Below, in pieces: positions 18,941-27,965 of a DNA stretch of 64,000 nt. The notes beneath the pieces were generated by a model. The model had not been told where the DNA came from. It ran no database searches and worked only from the letters and a program-made list of their open reading frames with translations. The DNA lies in assembly GCA_044356295.1 (NCBI GenBank), contig JBIKWN010000006.1:7134-71133 (forward strand), given 5' to 3'. Source of the DNA: Bdellovibrionota bacterium. Lineage in GTDB: Bacteria; Bdellovibrionota_C; UBA2361; JBIKWN01. How positions within the stretch are numbered: position 1 is the stretch's first letter; each line of letters opens with the position of its first letter. A program made the position numbers and the translations under genes.

Positions 18941-19702
18941 TTAATGTGAAACCGAACCCTTGTGTACACGATTTAAAAAACGTTGGGCTACATTGACTTC
19001 TGCTAAAGCAGCAAGAGCAAGAACAAATATGGATATAACAAGAATTATAGCACTTGCTCTTTCAACTCTATAAAATTCACCCGATTTAAATTTATACTTT
19101 TTAAAAGCCTTAAACAAAAACGTTCCAGCCATGCCAGCTAAAACATATGCAAGCACTTCTAAAAAAAGATGCGGTAAGAAAATAAAAGGTGTGGTCGCCG
19201 ACGAACTAGTATCTGTAACTATATAAAGTATAACTTGTGACCAGTTCAGAGCATTCCAAGCTAAAATGAGCGTCAGCCCACCACTACCAAAAACAAAAGA
19301 ATAAAGTAGTCCAATAATCAGAATAGGATAATTAGTTTGAATAAGTGAAACAGTTGTATGCTCACCAAAAAAAGCACTATGCTTAAAAAGTAGTAATCCA
19401 GGGTAAAAAGAATAAAACAGAACTGCTGTCATAAAGATTCCAGCAAAAATCACTGCAATCTTTATCGATAAATCAAAATTTGCTATCCAAGGTGAATGAC
19501 CATTTGCCCATATATTTTCACGATTTTCTTCAAGTAACTCTGCTATCTGGTCGGACAGACCAAGTGCAATCAGCCCAGTACAAAAAATAGCTACATTCTC
19601 GCTAAAACAGACCCATGAAAAAATGAATGATAAAGCACTAATTATTATCGTTCTTAAGAAGATATTAGGCAGTGCACATCTATTAGCCAGAATCATATTC
19701 AA
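18941..19702 (-). CDS. Polytopic integral membrane protein of unknown function
   Basis: 253 aa with six or more hydrophobic segments. Confidence 0.5.
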   Translation of the reverse strand: MNMILANRCALPNIFLRTIIISALSFIFSWVCFSENVAIFCTGLIALGLSDQIAELLEENRENIWANGHSPWIANFDLSIKIAVIFAGIFMTAVLFYSFYPGLLLFKHSAFFGEHTTVSLIQTNYPILIIGLLYSFVFGSGGLTLILAWNALNWSQVILYIVTDTSSSATTPFIFLPHLFLEVLAYVLAGMAGTFLFKAFKKYKFKSGEFYRVERASAIILVISIFVLALAALAEVNVAQRFLNRVHKGSVSH

Positions 19703-19713
19703 TCTTTGCGATC

Positions 19714-20280
19714 TTATAATGGAGGTACGAATGAACCAACTTCACATGAAATTGATGAAGCCACATCAAGATATACAATAATATTTGCTGTATTCGCTGC
19801 ACCTAATTGTGATCGAAAGAATTGTCCAGGTCTTATTTTAATATTAAAACTATTTTTAATATTATTACCTCTGAAGATCAGCGCCTGTTCATAACAACGC
19901 CAAAACATATCATTCCTAGCTTTCTGTTTCTCAGGAGTCAACGCTGCGCCAGCAACTGAAGGCGTAAAATATATGGTAAATTTACCTGCACTGGGCTGTT
20001 CGCGAGCACCTGGGGCTAGCATCGGTTCAAAACAATACATAGGTCCATCGATAGCCATTCTGTAACTATTTTCTTCGACGTTATAGTCAAGTAAAACACT
20101 GGAAGCGAGGTGTCCGCTATTTGAACCAAACCCACAATGTATCATATCAGCTCTGTCTCGTGGCAATTGGCCTAGACTAAATTGCTCGTTTGCTTGATTT
20201 TGGCTGATACAAATACTGGTATAAAAAATTAATACACAGAATGATAAGATAAGTTGTAATTTGTTTTTAATTTTTAGCAC
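19714..20280 (-). CDS. Hypothetical secreted protein
   Basis: Signal-peptide-like N-terminus LILSFCVLIFYTSICISQ. 188 aa. Confidence 0.5.
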   Translation of the reverse strand: MLKIKNKLQLILSFCVLIFYTSICISQNQANEQFSLGQLPRDRADMIHCGFGSNSGHLASSVLLDYNVEENSYRMAIDGPMYCFEPMLAPGAREQPSAGKFTIYFTPSVAGAALTPEKQKARNDMFWRCYEQALIFRGNNIKNSFNIKIRPGQFFRSQLGAANTANIIVYLDVASSISCEVGSFVPPL

Positions 20281-20322
20281 GATAATTTCTCTCTATAAAT
20301 AAAATTTGATCACTAGTCATGA

Positions 20323-20754
20323 CTATAAAATTTGTTTTTTTATTGGTGGTATAGGAGTTGGCGTTTTTGCAATAGGAGGTTTGATAACTACAGTAGCTTT
20401 CTTCGTAGGCGTTGTAGTCGGTTTTTTAGTTGCAGTCATAGTGGCTTTTGGCGCTGGCGTTCTGGTTGGTGTCGGTACAGCTGTAGGTTGTAAAATATTT
20501 GCTTGTTGTGGATTGTTTTGCTCTTGAGGTGGTAAATTAAAAATTTCTCTTTGTCTTCTCTGCGAAATTATTATTAATGTTTCATCTTCATCATCTGTAT
20601 CAGTAAATCGATCCTGTATGGCTTTATTTTGAGGGTCCCCTGCTCCCCTTCCTATTGCGTTATGGGATCTATCTACAAGGGGGATAGCTAGAATAATAAG
20701 TACTACAATAACAAAGATTGGAAGGATAGTTTTAACCAAATTGGGATTATTCAT
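20323..20754 (-). CDS. Membrane-anchored proline/threonine-rich protein
   Basis: N-terminal TM (ILPIFVIVVLIILAIPLV) and a C-terminal PT-rich low-complexity tail (TPTRTPAPKATMTATKKPTTTPTKK). Confidence 0.5.
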   Translation of the reverse strand: MNNPNLVKTILPIFVIVVLIILAIPLVDRSHNAIGRGAGDPQNKAIQDRFTDTDDEDETLIIISQRRQREIFNLPPQEQNNPQQANILQPTAVPTPTRTPAPKATMTATKKPTTTPTKKATVVIKPPIAKTPTPIPPIKKQIL

Positions 20755-20883
20755 AGGTTAATGGCTAAGAGTGAACACCTGTAGAATTTTACAGGTTTAT
20801 AGCTTTAACGAAACAGATAATCTTCAAGAGCTAGCTAAAAAAGGGCATGTAAAACTAAGTGTTTACGATTAGCAAGTTATAAT

Positions 20884-21600
20884 CTAATTTTTAAAGTCTA
20901 ACACTTGAACCTCTCCTACTTGAAGGTCGTTCAATTGATATACTCCAAACGAAATCCTTTTAAGCTTTATAACTTCATGTCCGATTGCTTCACATAATTT
21001 CCGGATTTCACGATTCTTACCTTGTTGTAAGGTAATAAGCAGGATTGTTTCTTTCCCACTGGATTTTCGAACTACAACTTCTTTCGCTATCAGTTTGATA
21101 TTCTCGAATATGATTCCTTTTGTTAGTTTTTCAAGAGATGTTTTTGATGGTTCTCCTTTAACAGTCACAATATAGGTTCGTGGGATATTATTTTTTGGAT
21201 CTAACAGATCATTTGCAAACTGATTATCATTGGTAAAAAGTAGTAACCCAGATGTTGCCATATCGAGTCGTCCAATTGCTTTTAAATGTCGATACTGTTC
21301 TGGTAATAGATCATAAACAGTACCTCTCCCTTTCTCATCTGAAGATGTGGTAACGACTCCTTTAGGTTTATGAAAAGCAATCAGTATTTTTTCATTCGTT
21401 TGAAGTTTGCTTACTTCAATGCCATCAATTGAAACTTGAGAATCAATCGAGATATACGCCAGAGGATCTTTGACGGTTTTACCGTTGACTTTGACTTTGC
21501 CTTCTCTAATAAGAATGGATGCTTTACTGCGAGATGCAAGCCCACGCTTGGACAGTAACCTCTGGAGTTCAGTCCTTTTCTGGGTAACTTTTTTAAGCAT
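20884..21600 (-). CDS. RsuA/RluB-family rRNA pseudouridine synthase (S4 domain + catalytic domain)
   Basis: S4 domain RLQRLLSKRGLASRSKASILIREGKVKVNG. Catalytic motif GRLDMATSGLLLFTND. Confidence 0.85.
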   Translation of the reverse strand: MLKKVTQKRTELQRLLSKRGLASRSKASILIREGKVKVNGKTVKDPLAYISIDSQVSIDGIEVSKLQTNEKILIAFHKPKGVVTTSSDEKGRGTVYDLLPEQYRHLKAIGRLDMATSGLLLFTNDNQFANDLLDPKNNIPRTYIVTVKGEPSKTSLEKLTKGIIFENIKLIAKEVVVRKSSGKETILLITLQQGKNREIRKLCEAIGHEVIKLKRISFGVYQLNDLQVGEVQVLDFKN

Positions 21601-21725
21601 AGAAATGCATTATATAAGCTAATTGCGCTCAATTGTTAGTATCGGTTTTAATTTTCCAGCAATTGGAGGGTAGCTTGACTATCGTGCGGTCGAGTAGCTC
21701 AAAAAGAGGTTCTCATATCGACAGA

Positions 21726-22145
21726 TTAGTTCATTGAAATATTAATTGGCTTGAGCGTTAAGCCTAAACGCTCATTGAGTTTCTCACGAAGGCGATTCTC
21801 GATTTCAGAAGAAATAGAAACATCACAACGTAGTGTGCGTGCTAGTCGTATCGTTAAAAGATATGTACGTTTTGATTCCGCACACTCTTCACAACTACAT
21901 TCATGTGCTTCCATCATCGCTTTCATAGTCTTAGGAAGTTCACCGTCAGCATAATCGCAAAGCTGAGCTTCAAACTCATCACATGAAATCTGCCCTTTCT
22001 CAAGAATCATCACCTGCTCTTCTGTGTAAATCGTCACGTCGTCCCCTGTTTTGTTTACCTTGTCTTTCACCCCAGAAACGTCGGAAGAATCGTCCGTTTC
22101 ATTTAGCTTACAGGTTTGATTCTTTTTGATACAAAAACGGTGCAA
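21726..22145 (-). CDS. Putative zinc-finger (zf-HC2-type) anti-sigma factor
   Basis: ISCDEFEAQLCDYADGEL...HECSCEEC fits C-x(n)-H-x3-C-x2-C. No sigma gene is adjacent. The true start may be the internal Met at about 22010. Confidence 0.5.
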   Translation of the reverse strand: MHRFCIKKNQTCKLNETDDSSDVSGVKDKVNKTGDDVTIYTEEQVMILEKGQISCDEFEAQLCDYADGELPKTMKAMMEAHECSCEECAESKRTYLLTIRLARTLRCDVSISSEIENRLREKLNERLGLTLKPINISMN

Positions 22146-22241
22146 CTTTTTTACAATTTTGTTACGTATTCTATAACATATTGATATTACTAGCTTAAAT
22201 ACAAGAAACTTCCGCCCTTTTCTCTTCGACTAGTAGGTATA

Positions 22242-22377
22242 CCAATGTCATTAAGTTAAGAACTTAAGTACCGTGACCTTGAGCGTGAGCCTGAGCGTGA
22301 CCCAAATGATTTAAGGTCACGCTCACGCCTACGGTCATGGTCACGGGGTAGAAATGCCTTAACTTAAAGACATTGAG
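22242..22377. repeat. Palindromic intergenic element, copy 2
   Basis: ccaatgtcattaagtta...gtgaccttgagcgtgagc...gtcacgctcacgcctacggtca...taacttaaagacattg. Same family as 7810-7942. Confidence 0.7.
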
Positions 22378-22436
22378 TAGAACTACCTGCGATTTTTCGC
22401 ACAAACAACTATCAATTTATTTAGGAGAAACCCCCT

Positions 22437-22793
22437 ATGTCCAATAGCTTCACGAATCCAGCCACAACAAACCTTGGTAATACTGTCTATTCACAACTAG
22501 CAGCTAGCGACACCCAAAACCAATTAACAGATGCTCAACGGGTCAGCGGTAACCATATTAATAAGATCGAAACAGACCTTGCAGGAGCATCGAGCCTTGA
22601 GAATGACCCAGCAAAAGTGAGCGCTTGGGCAAAAGAGCATGGATACGGAGATGTCAAAAATCAAAACGCACTCATTTCAATGATTCAGTCAAAGTTAGAT
22701 AGATCTTCACAAGTATTTTTAACACTTCAAAAAGTAAGAGACCGCTCACACGATATGATGATGGAGATAATCCGTGCTTTAGGAAAAGTCTAA
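22437..22793 (+). CDS. Hypothetical polar protein without a Sec signal
   Basis: 118 aa. S/T/N/Q-rich N-terminus and a helical C-half. Good RBS (aggagaaaccccctATG). Confidence 0.5.
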   Translation: MSNSFTNPATTNLGNTVYSQLAASDTQNQLTDAQRVSGNHINKIETDLAGASSLENDPAKVSAWAKEHGYGDVKNQNALISMIQSKLDRSSQVFLTLQKVRDRSHDMMMEIIRALGKV

Positions 22794-22842
22794 CCATTCA
22801 CAACAAAAAACTATTATCTTTTAATTATTAATAAGGATTTTT

Positions 22843-23859
22843 ATGTCACTACAAACTTCATCAACATCACCATCAACTAATGTAACAACGACGACAAACA
22901 ATCAAACACAAAGCACACCTCCTGCCGTTCAAACAGGTTCTCTTGTTGCAGTACTTTCTAAGTTATCAGGTAAAAAAGTTACCGCTGATCAACTAACAAA
23001 CATGAAATTTTCAGAAGAAATTCTGTATGCATCATCTGTGCATAGCGAGCTGTCTAAAACATCAAAACCACTTCTGCAAACATTCATGAGTGAGCTCAAA
23101 GAACGATATGACCGCAGAATCAAACGAAACGATACACAACCTATCGCTAAAGCAATCAACGATATTCTAGATAATGGAGTAAAGGGTAAAAAAATAACCC
23201 AAAAACAGTACGAAACAATTCTTGCGAAAGCGCTCGGCAATTCTCAAGTTGATAAAAATAAAGCTGCGGTAGGAAATCAAATAAGAACTGGTGGTATGGA
23301 TAAAGCTACAAGTCTAACCAAAAATAATACAGCAGCCACAAAAAAAGCTGTGGATGCATTTGAAAAATCTGTTTCCACACTTAAGTTTCAGGCCCCTGCA
23401 ACAACACGAACTCAAGTTGCTAATATGCAAAAGATATTTGACTCTCTTAAGAAAGCGACTCCTAAAACTCCAAAACCTGAAACATCGACAAAACCTTCAA
23501 ACAGTGACGAAACTGGCACTGTCAAAACAAACACTCCGGATCCAACAAAAGATTCAAGTCCAAATCATTTTGATTTTAGGATTAAATCTGATGTTGATGG
23601 AAAACTCTTGGTTCGTTTACCGATTACTTTTAGACAAGACATAGAGTCAGTATCCTTAGTAGACAGCAATGGCAAAGTCCTCGAAGAACAACCGCTCAAA
23701 CAAAAAGGTGAAGACAATCGTTACTATTTTAGATTTACTAAAGCAGGCGATAAATACGCAGATAGCCTAGAGGTAAGAATTAATTATCAAAATGGCACAC
23801 AGATGCCAATCTCAATTAAAGATGCACGAAGCAATTACAGCCAAGAATATCAGGGATGA
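22843..23859 (+). CDS. Hypothetical protein with an S/T/N-rich disordered N-terminus and a beta-rich C-terminal domain
   Basis: 338 aa. N-terminus MSLQTSSTSPSTNVTTTTNNQTQSTPP. A K/T-rich linker. C-terminal domain with YYFRF and EVRINYQNG. Confidence 0.55.
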   Translation: MSLQTSSTSPSTNVTTTTNNQTQSTPPAVQTGSLVAVLSKLSGKKVTADQLTNMKFSEEILYASSVHSELSKTSKPLLQTFMSELKERYDRRIKRNDTQPIAKAINDILDNGVKGKKITQKQYETILAKALGNSQVDKNKAAVGNQIRTGGMDKATSLTKNNTAATKKAVDAFEKSVSTLKFQAPATTRTQVANMQKIFDSLKKATPKTPKPETSTKPSNSDETGTVKTNTPDPTKDSSPNHFDFRIKSDVDGKLLVRLPITFRQDIESVSLVDSNGKVLEEQPLKQKGEDNRYYFRFTKAGDKYADSLEVRINYQNGTQMPISIKDARSNYSQEYQG

Positions 23860-24260
23860 TGTGAAGCTACTTTTTCGTTTTCACTAACAACAGCGCTCAC
23901 TACTTTTTCAATCTGCTGCGCGAGTGATAACGTTTTTGTCGTGGTTTCAACGAGTGGAGCCACGACTCTTTCTGCGATAAGTTTATCTGGAAGCATCATT
24001 GCTCTTCTAGGCTTTACCAATGGTTCTCTCCATATATTAAGAAGATACTGGTCAATCTTCTGCTTATTGATCCACTATTGTTTTTAGTGCTGGTTGATAA
24101 TCAAAAAACCCTGTTTCAAACTTACTTAATTGCACAATCTGACTAGCAAAAAACCTCTGTTATTCTGACAAGATCTGGCTTAGTCTGAGCTTCGTAGTAT
24201 CTTAAAGTTATAGCGAGTCACGCTTTAATGTTAAGAGATTTAATTTATCGGAGATTATTC

Positions 24261-24548
24261 ATGCTCAACATCAAAACTGTTGTTCTTTTCGCTTCCCTTG
24301 CAACTTTAACTGCTTGTTCAGGAATTAGAACAAGTGGCAATTCATTTACTACTCATGCAGAATCATTTCGTATTCTAGGAATTCAAATTCCTGAAAACGA
24401 TCAAGCAAAAGCATTGTCAATGGTTCCTGCAGGAGCAAAAATTGACACTCAAACTACAACACCAACTGATTGGACATCACTTGTAGGAGCGCTGAGCAAT
24501 ATTCTTTGGTTCGGTGGGACTCAAATTAGTGGTACTACAAGCAAGTAA
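24261..24548 (+). CDS. Small lipoprotein
   Basis: Start MLNIKTVVLFASLATLTACSG gives a lipobox L-T-A-C. The track ORF starts 11 codons earlier. Confidence 0.55.
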   Translation: MLNIKTVVLFASLATLTACSGIRTSGNSFTTHAESFRILGIQIPENDQAKALSMVPAGAKIDTQTTTPTDWTSLVGALSNILWFGGTQISGTTSK

Positions 24549-24587
24549 TACCCCTAAAAAATATAGCTCATAAAATGAGTTATGCAT

Positions 24588-24619
24588 GGCGGATTGAGAA
24601 ATCAATCCGCCATTTTTTT
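24588..24619. terminator. Rho-independent terminator, probably bidirectional
   Basis: Stem ggcggattg, loop agaaat, stem caatccgcc, followed by attttttt. Sits between convergent genes. Confidence 0.6.
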
Positions 24620-24655
24620 ATTACTTTGAAAAAATGTATAAATTGATACAGATTA

Positions 24656-25345
24656 CTATGCGACGAACTTATACCCAACACCGTGAACGGTGAGAATATG
24701 TTTCGGATCCTCGCTATTGCTCTCAACTTTTTGACGAAGTCGTGCAATATGATTATCAACAGTTCGAGTAGATGGGTATGAATTATAGCCCCATACTTCA
24801 TCAAGCAACTCATCCCGAGTTACAACTGAACCATTTTTAGCAACAAGATATTTTAGTAATCGATACTCACGAGCAGATAGTTCAAGAGGTGTCTGATCCC
24901 TTTCAGCTTTATACGCTTTGAAATCTACAATCACATTTGAAAAAGTAACTTTTTCAACTTCTTTAGTTGAGAGTCCTCTTCGAAGCAGCGCCTTTGCACG
25001 AGCAACAAGCTCCATCATCCCAAACGGTTTTGCTAAATAATCATCTGCTCCAAGGTCGAGTCCAAGAACTTTATCTACTTCAGCAGAGCGAGCAGTTAAA
25101 AGAATTAACGGAGTTGAGATTCCAGAATTACGGATCTCTTTACATGCTTGAAGCCCATCCTTCACGGGCATCATGACGTCCATAATAATGAGGTCTGGTT
25201 TTTCGTCTTCGATAAGTTTTATACCCGCCTCACCGTCACCGGCTTCCACAACGGCAAATCCAGTATGTTCAAGATTGAGAGCAAGAGCCCGTCGAACGCT
25301 CTCATCGTCATCGATAATTGCTACTTTAAATCCGGCTATATTCAT
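24656..25345 (-). CDS. OmpR/PhoB-family response regulator
   Basis: Receiver domain (VAIIDDDESVRR, PDLIIMDVMMPVKDG, LLTARS) plus a winged-helix DNA-binding domain (LLKYLVAKNGSVVTRDELLDEVWG). No kinase gene is adjacent. Confidence 0.9.
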   Translation of the reverse strand: MNIAGFKVAIIDDDESVRRALALNLEHTGFAVVEAGDGEAGIKLIEDEKPDLIIMDVMMPVKDGLQACKEIRNSGISTPLILLTARSAEVDKVLGLDLGADDYLAKPFGMMELVARAKALLRRGLSTKEVEKVTFSNVIVDFKAYKAERDQTPLELSAREYRLLKYLVAKNGSVVTRDELLDEVWGYNSYPSTRTVDNHIARLRQKVESNSEDPKHILTVHGVGYKFVA

Positions 25346-25518
25346 ATTGATGACTGATGCTCCAAAGAAAAACCTACAATATCTTTAAGAGTAACAGATA
25401 CATAGCTCTTTTGCATCTAAAAAATGCCTGCCAAGCTATTGATTTCGCTAGTAGTTATCCGTATTCTTACCCCTCTAATTTTTATAATCCGACAATTTTA
25501 GTAGTTCGGGACATTCTT

Positions 25519-25839
25519 ATGAACAAGAAATACGCTGTTATTCGCGCTCAAGGTAAACAAATGACTGTGAGCGAAGGTGAGACTTTTGATATCGATATGA
25601 TCGAAGGAGAAGCTGGAACATCTGTAACTTTTGATGAAGTTTTGATGGTTTCAGATGAGGGAGCTTCTAAAGTTGGAACCCCTACTCTTTCTTCTGCTAA
25701 GGTTACTGCTAAAATCGTTAAGCAGTTCCGTGGTAAGAAACTTATCGCTTATCGAAAAAACATTACTCATGGTTTCACCAAAAAAATTGGTCACCGTCAG
25801 TATCGCACTCAACTTGTTGTTGAAAGCATCGCAGCATAA
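25519..25839 (+). CDS. rplU: 50S ribosomal protein L21
   Basis: MNKKYAVIRAQGKQMTVSEGETFDID is the L21 N-terminus. Start taken at the internal Met of the track ORF. Confidence 0.9.
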   Translation: MNKKYAVIRAQGKQMTVSEGETFDIDMIEGEAGTSVTFDEVLMVSDEGASKVGTPTLSSAKVTAKIVKQFRGKKLIAYRKNITHGFTKKIGHRQYRTQLVVESIAA

Positions 25840-25865
25840 TTTATTTTTTAAAGAGAGATTAAGTC

Positions 25866-26129
25866 ATGGCAACCAAAAAAGCCGGTGGTAGTACCAAAAA
25901 CGGACGAGACAGTGCAGGTCGTAGACTTGGTGTTAAACGTTTCGGTGGTGAAGTAGTTCGTGCGGGGAACATTCTTGTTCGTCAACGTGGAACCACATAT
26001 CACGCTGGAAAAAATGTTGGCATGGGTAGAGACCATACTCTTTTCGCTCTTATTGATGGTGTTGTTTCTTTCCGAAAAGGACTTAGACAATCTATCAGTG
26101 TACAACCTGCCGATGCAGTAGCTGCGTAA
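25866..26129 (+). CDS. rpmA: 50S ribosomal protein L27
   Basis: [43 protein letters not shown]. Confidence 0.95.
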   Translation: MATKKAGGSTKNGRDSAGRRLGVKRFGGEVVRAGNILVRQRGTTYHAGKNVGMGRDHTLFALIDGVVSFRKGLRQSISVQPADAVAA

Positions 26130-26174
26130 GCTTTTAAGCAGTTTTTTACTGTTTAAAACGGTTAGCTTAATTGT

Positions 26175-26203
26175 AGGGAGCTTTTAATGCTCCCTATTTT
26201 TTT
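26175..26203 (+). terminator. Rho-independent terminator after rpmA
   Basis: agggagc ttttaat gctccct followed by a T-run. Confidence 0.6.
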
Positions 26204-26215
26204 AGGAATTTTTTT

Positions 26216-27229
26216 GTGAAATTTGTTGATACCGCACAGATAGAGTGTCGCGCTGGTAAAGGCGGTGCAGGATCACGCCATTTTCGCAGAGAAGCCATGG
26301 TTCAATACGGCGGTCCTGATGGTGGAAACGGCGGCAAAGGCGGATCTGTTATTCTGATTGCAGATAAAAACAAACACACACTTTTAGATTTTTCTTTTCA
26401 ACCAAAATGGAAAGCCCAAGATGGTGGCGGCGGTGAAGGCGGCAGACGCTCTGGGAAAAACGGCGAAGATTTAAAGATACTCATCCCTGTTGGTACAGAG
26501 ATTTTCAATTCTGAAACACAAGAGCTTGTATGCGACCTTGTCGAGGATGGACAAGAATTTATCCTTTGCAAGGGTGGTCGCGGCGGAAAAGGGAATGACT
26601 TTTTTAAGTCTGCTACGAATCGTGCCCCTGAACATGCACAACCTGGCGAAGAGGGCGAATTCGGAACTTACACGCTGTCTCTAAAATTAATGGCCGATGT
26701 TGGGCTTGTTGGATTTCCTAATGCTGGTAAATCTACCCTTATAAGTCGGATATCTGCTGCTCGTCCTAAGATTGCTGACTACCCGTTTACTACCCTCACC
26801 CCAAATCTTGGAGTTGTTCAAGGGAAGGGTGGCTTCTCTTTCGTTGTAGCTGATATTCCAGGACTTATTCCTGGCGCCTCAGAAGGCAAAGGTTTGGGGA
26901 TTCACTTCCTAAAACACATAGAACGAACTCGAGTCATTACGCATCTAATAGATATAGAGGGTCTCAATGAATTGGGTGAGCCAATTAATGTTGTGGACTC
27001 CTATGATAGTATTCGGACTGAGCTTCAAAATTTTTCTGAGGAACTTGCGAATCGACCAACTATAGTTGTTTTTTCGAAGGCCGACATTTCGCAAGACAAA
27101 GAAAAAATCCAAGAAGCCCAGAGAGCTTTTGAGGAAAGAGGGATAAAAACCCTTGTTATTTCAAGTGCTTCCGGTGAAGGTATTCAAGAACTAATAGATA
27201 CCCTTACCAAGCTGCTTCAAGTAACTTAA
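26216..27229 (+). CDS. obg: GTPase Obg/CgtA
   Basis: Obg fold with glycine-rich N-terminus (FVDTAQIECRAGKGGAGSRHFRREA...GGPDGGNGGKGGSV). G-domain motifs GFPNAGKST, DIPGLI, SKAD. Confidence 0.95.
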   Translation: MKFVDTAQIECRAGKGGAGSRHFRREAMVQYGGPDGGNGGKGGSVILIADKNKHTLLDFSFQPKWKAQDGGGGEGGRRSGKNGEDLKILIPVGTEIFNSETQELVCDLVEDGQEFILCKGGRGGKGNDFFKSATNRAPEHAQPGEEGEFGTYTLSLKLMADVGLVGFPNAGKSTLISRISAARPKIADYPFTTLTPNLGVVQGKGGFSFVVADIPGLIPGASEGKGLGIHFLKHIERTRVITHLIDIEGLNELGEPINVVDSYDSIRTELQNFSEELANRPTIVVFSKADISQDKEKIQEAQRAFEERGIKTLVISSASGEGIQELIDTLTKLLQVT

Positions 27230-27472
27230 ATATTGTGTCTGGCGAGCTTTATTCCGATATACTATTTATATAAGGGAGTGATGTTGTAACAGACACTACT
27301 CTTGGTTTTTGGAGATACATACTACGTTTACTAATTTGGTTCGCAGTAAAAAATTTCAAAGCACACACTGTAAAACAGTCAAATCTTCTTTGTGCTTCAT
27401 TTCTCAATCTAAAAATTTTCCTTTCTTAAGCAGTACAAACCTTACTTTTATTAACGGAGGACTTACCACTTC

Positions 27473-27886
27473 ATGACCTTACACATACAAAAAGAAATTC
27501 GCCCCGAGGTTGAACCATTTGACCTCGCATTGAAGATCTTAGAAGCATGCAGCGATGCAAAAGCTAGAGATTTAACACTTCTCGATGTCTCTGGAGTCTT
27601 CGACCTCGCTTCTTTCTTTGTTATTGTGTCAGGACGCTCTGATAGGCAAGTTCAAGGTATTTCAAACAGAATCGCTGCTACGATTCAAGAGGAATGTAAA
27701 GTTTCAACGATATCATGTGATGGATATGATCAAGGTCATTGGGTTCTGATGGATTATGGTGATGTAGTGGTCCATATATTCTATGAACCGATGCGAGACC
27801 ATTATAACCTTGAACGGTTATGGAAAGATGCCGCCCGAGTGCCCCTTCCTGAGGGTATTCAGGAAGCACGACGTGATGCTGCCTAA
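27473..27886 (+). CDS. rsfS: Ribosomal silencing factor RsfS (Iojap family)
   Basis: The rplU-rpmA-obg-rsfS gene order is conserved in many bacteria. DYGDVVVHIF is the Iojap core. Confidence 0.8.
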   Translation: MTLHIQKEIRPEVEPFDLALKILEACSDAKARDLTLLDVSGVFDLASFFVIVSGRSDRQVQGISNRIAATIQEECKVSTISCDGYDQGHWVLMDYGDVVVHIFYEPMRDHYNLERLWKDAARVPLPEGIQEARRDAA

Positions 27887-27965
27887 TATTAAATTTTTTC
27901 TTTAAGTTTGAAGCTTTCAGGTGCATTTTAATTGCGCGGTTTTTTACTGCATATATACTTGATGC

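Noticed and set aside
20306-20527. 73-aa ORF rich in G/V/A on the plus strand
   Set aside because: Antisense to the Pro/Thr-rich C-terminus of the minus-strand gene 20323..20754. The low-complexity codons read open on both strands.
23855-24005. 49-aa minus-strand ORF (MMLPDKLIAERVVAPLVETTTKTLSLAQQIEKVVSAVVSENEKVASHHP) overlapping the end of gene 22843..23859
   Set aside because: Below the size cut-off, no RBS seen, and it overlaps a stop codon region. It is possibly a gene remnant, but there is too little evidence.
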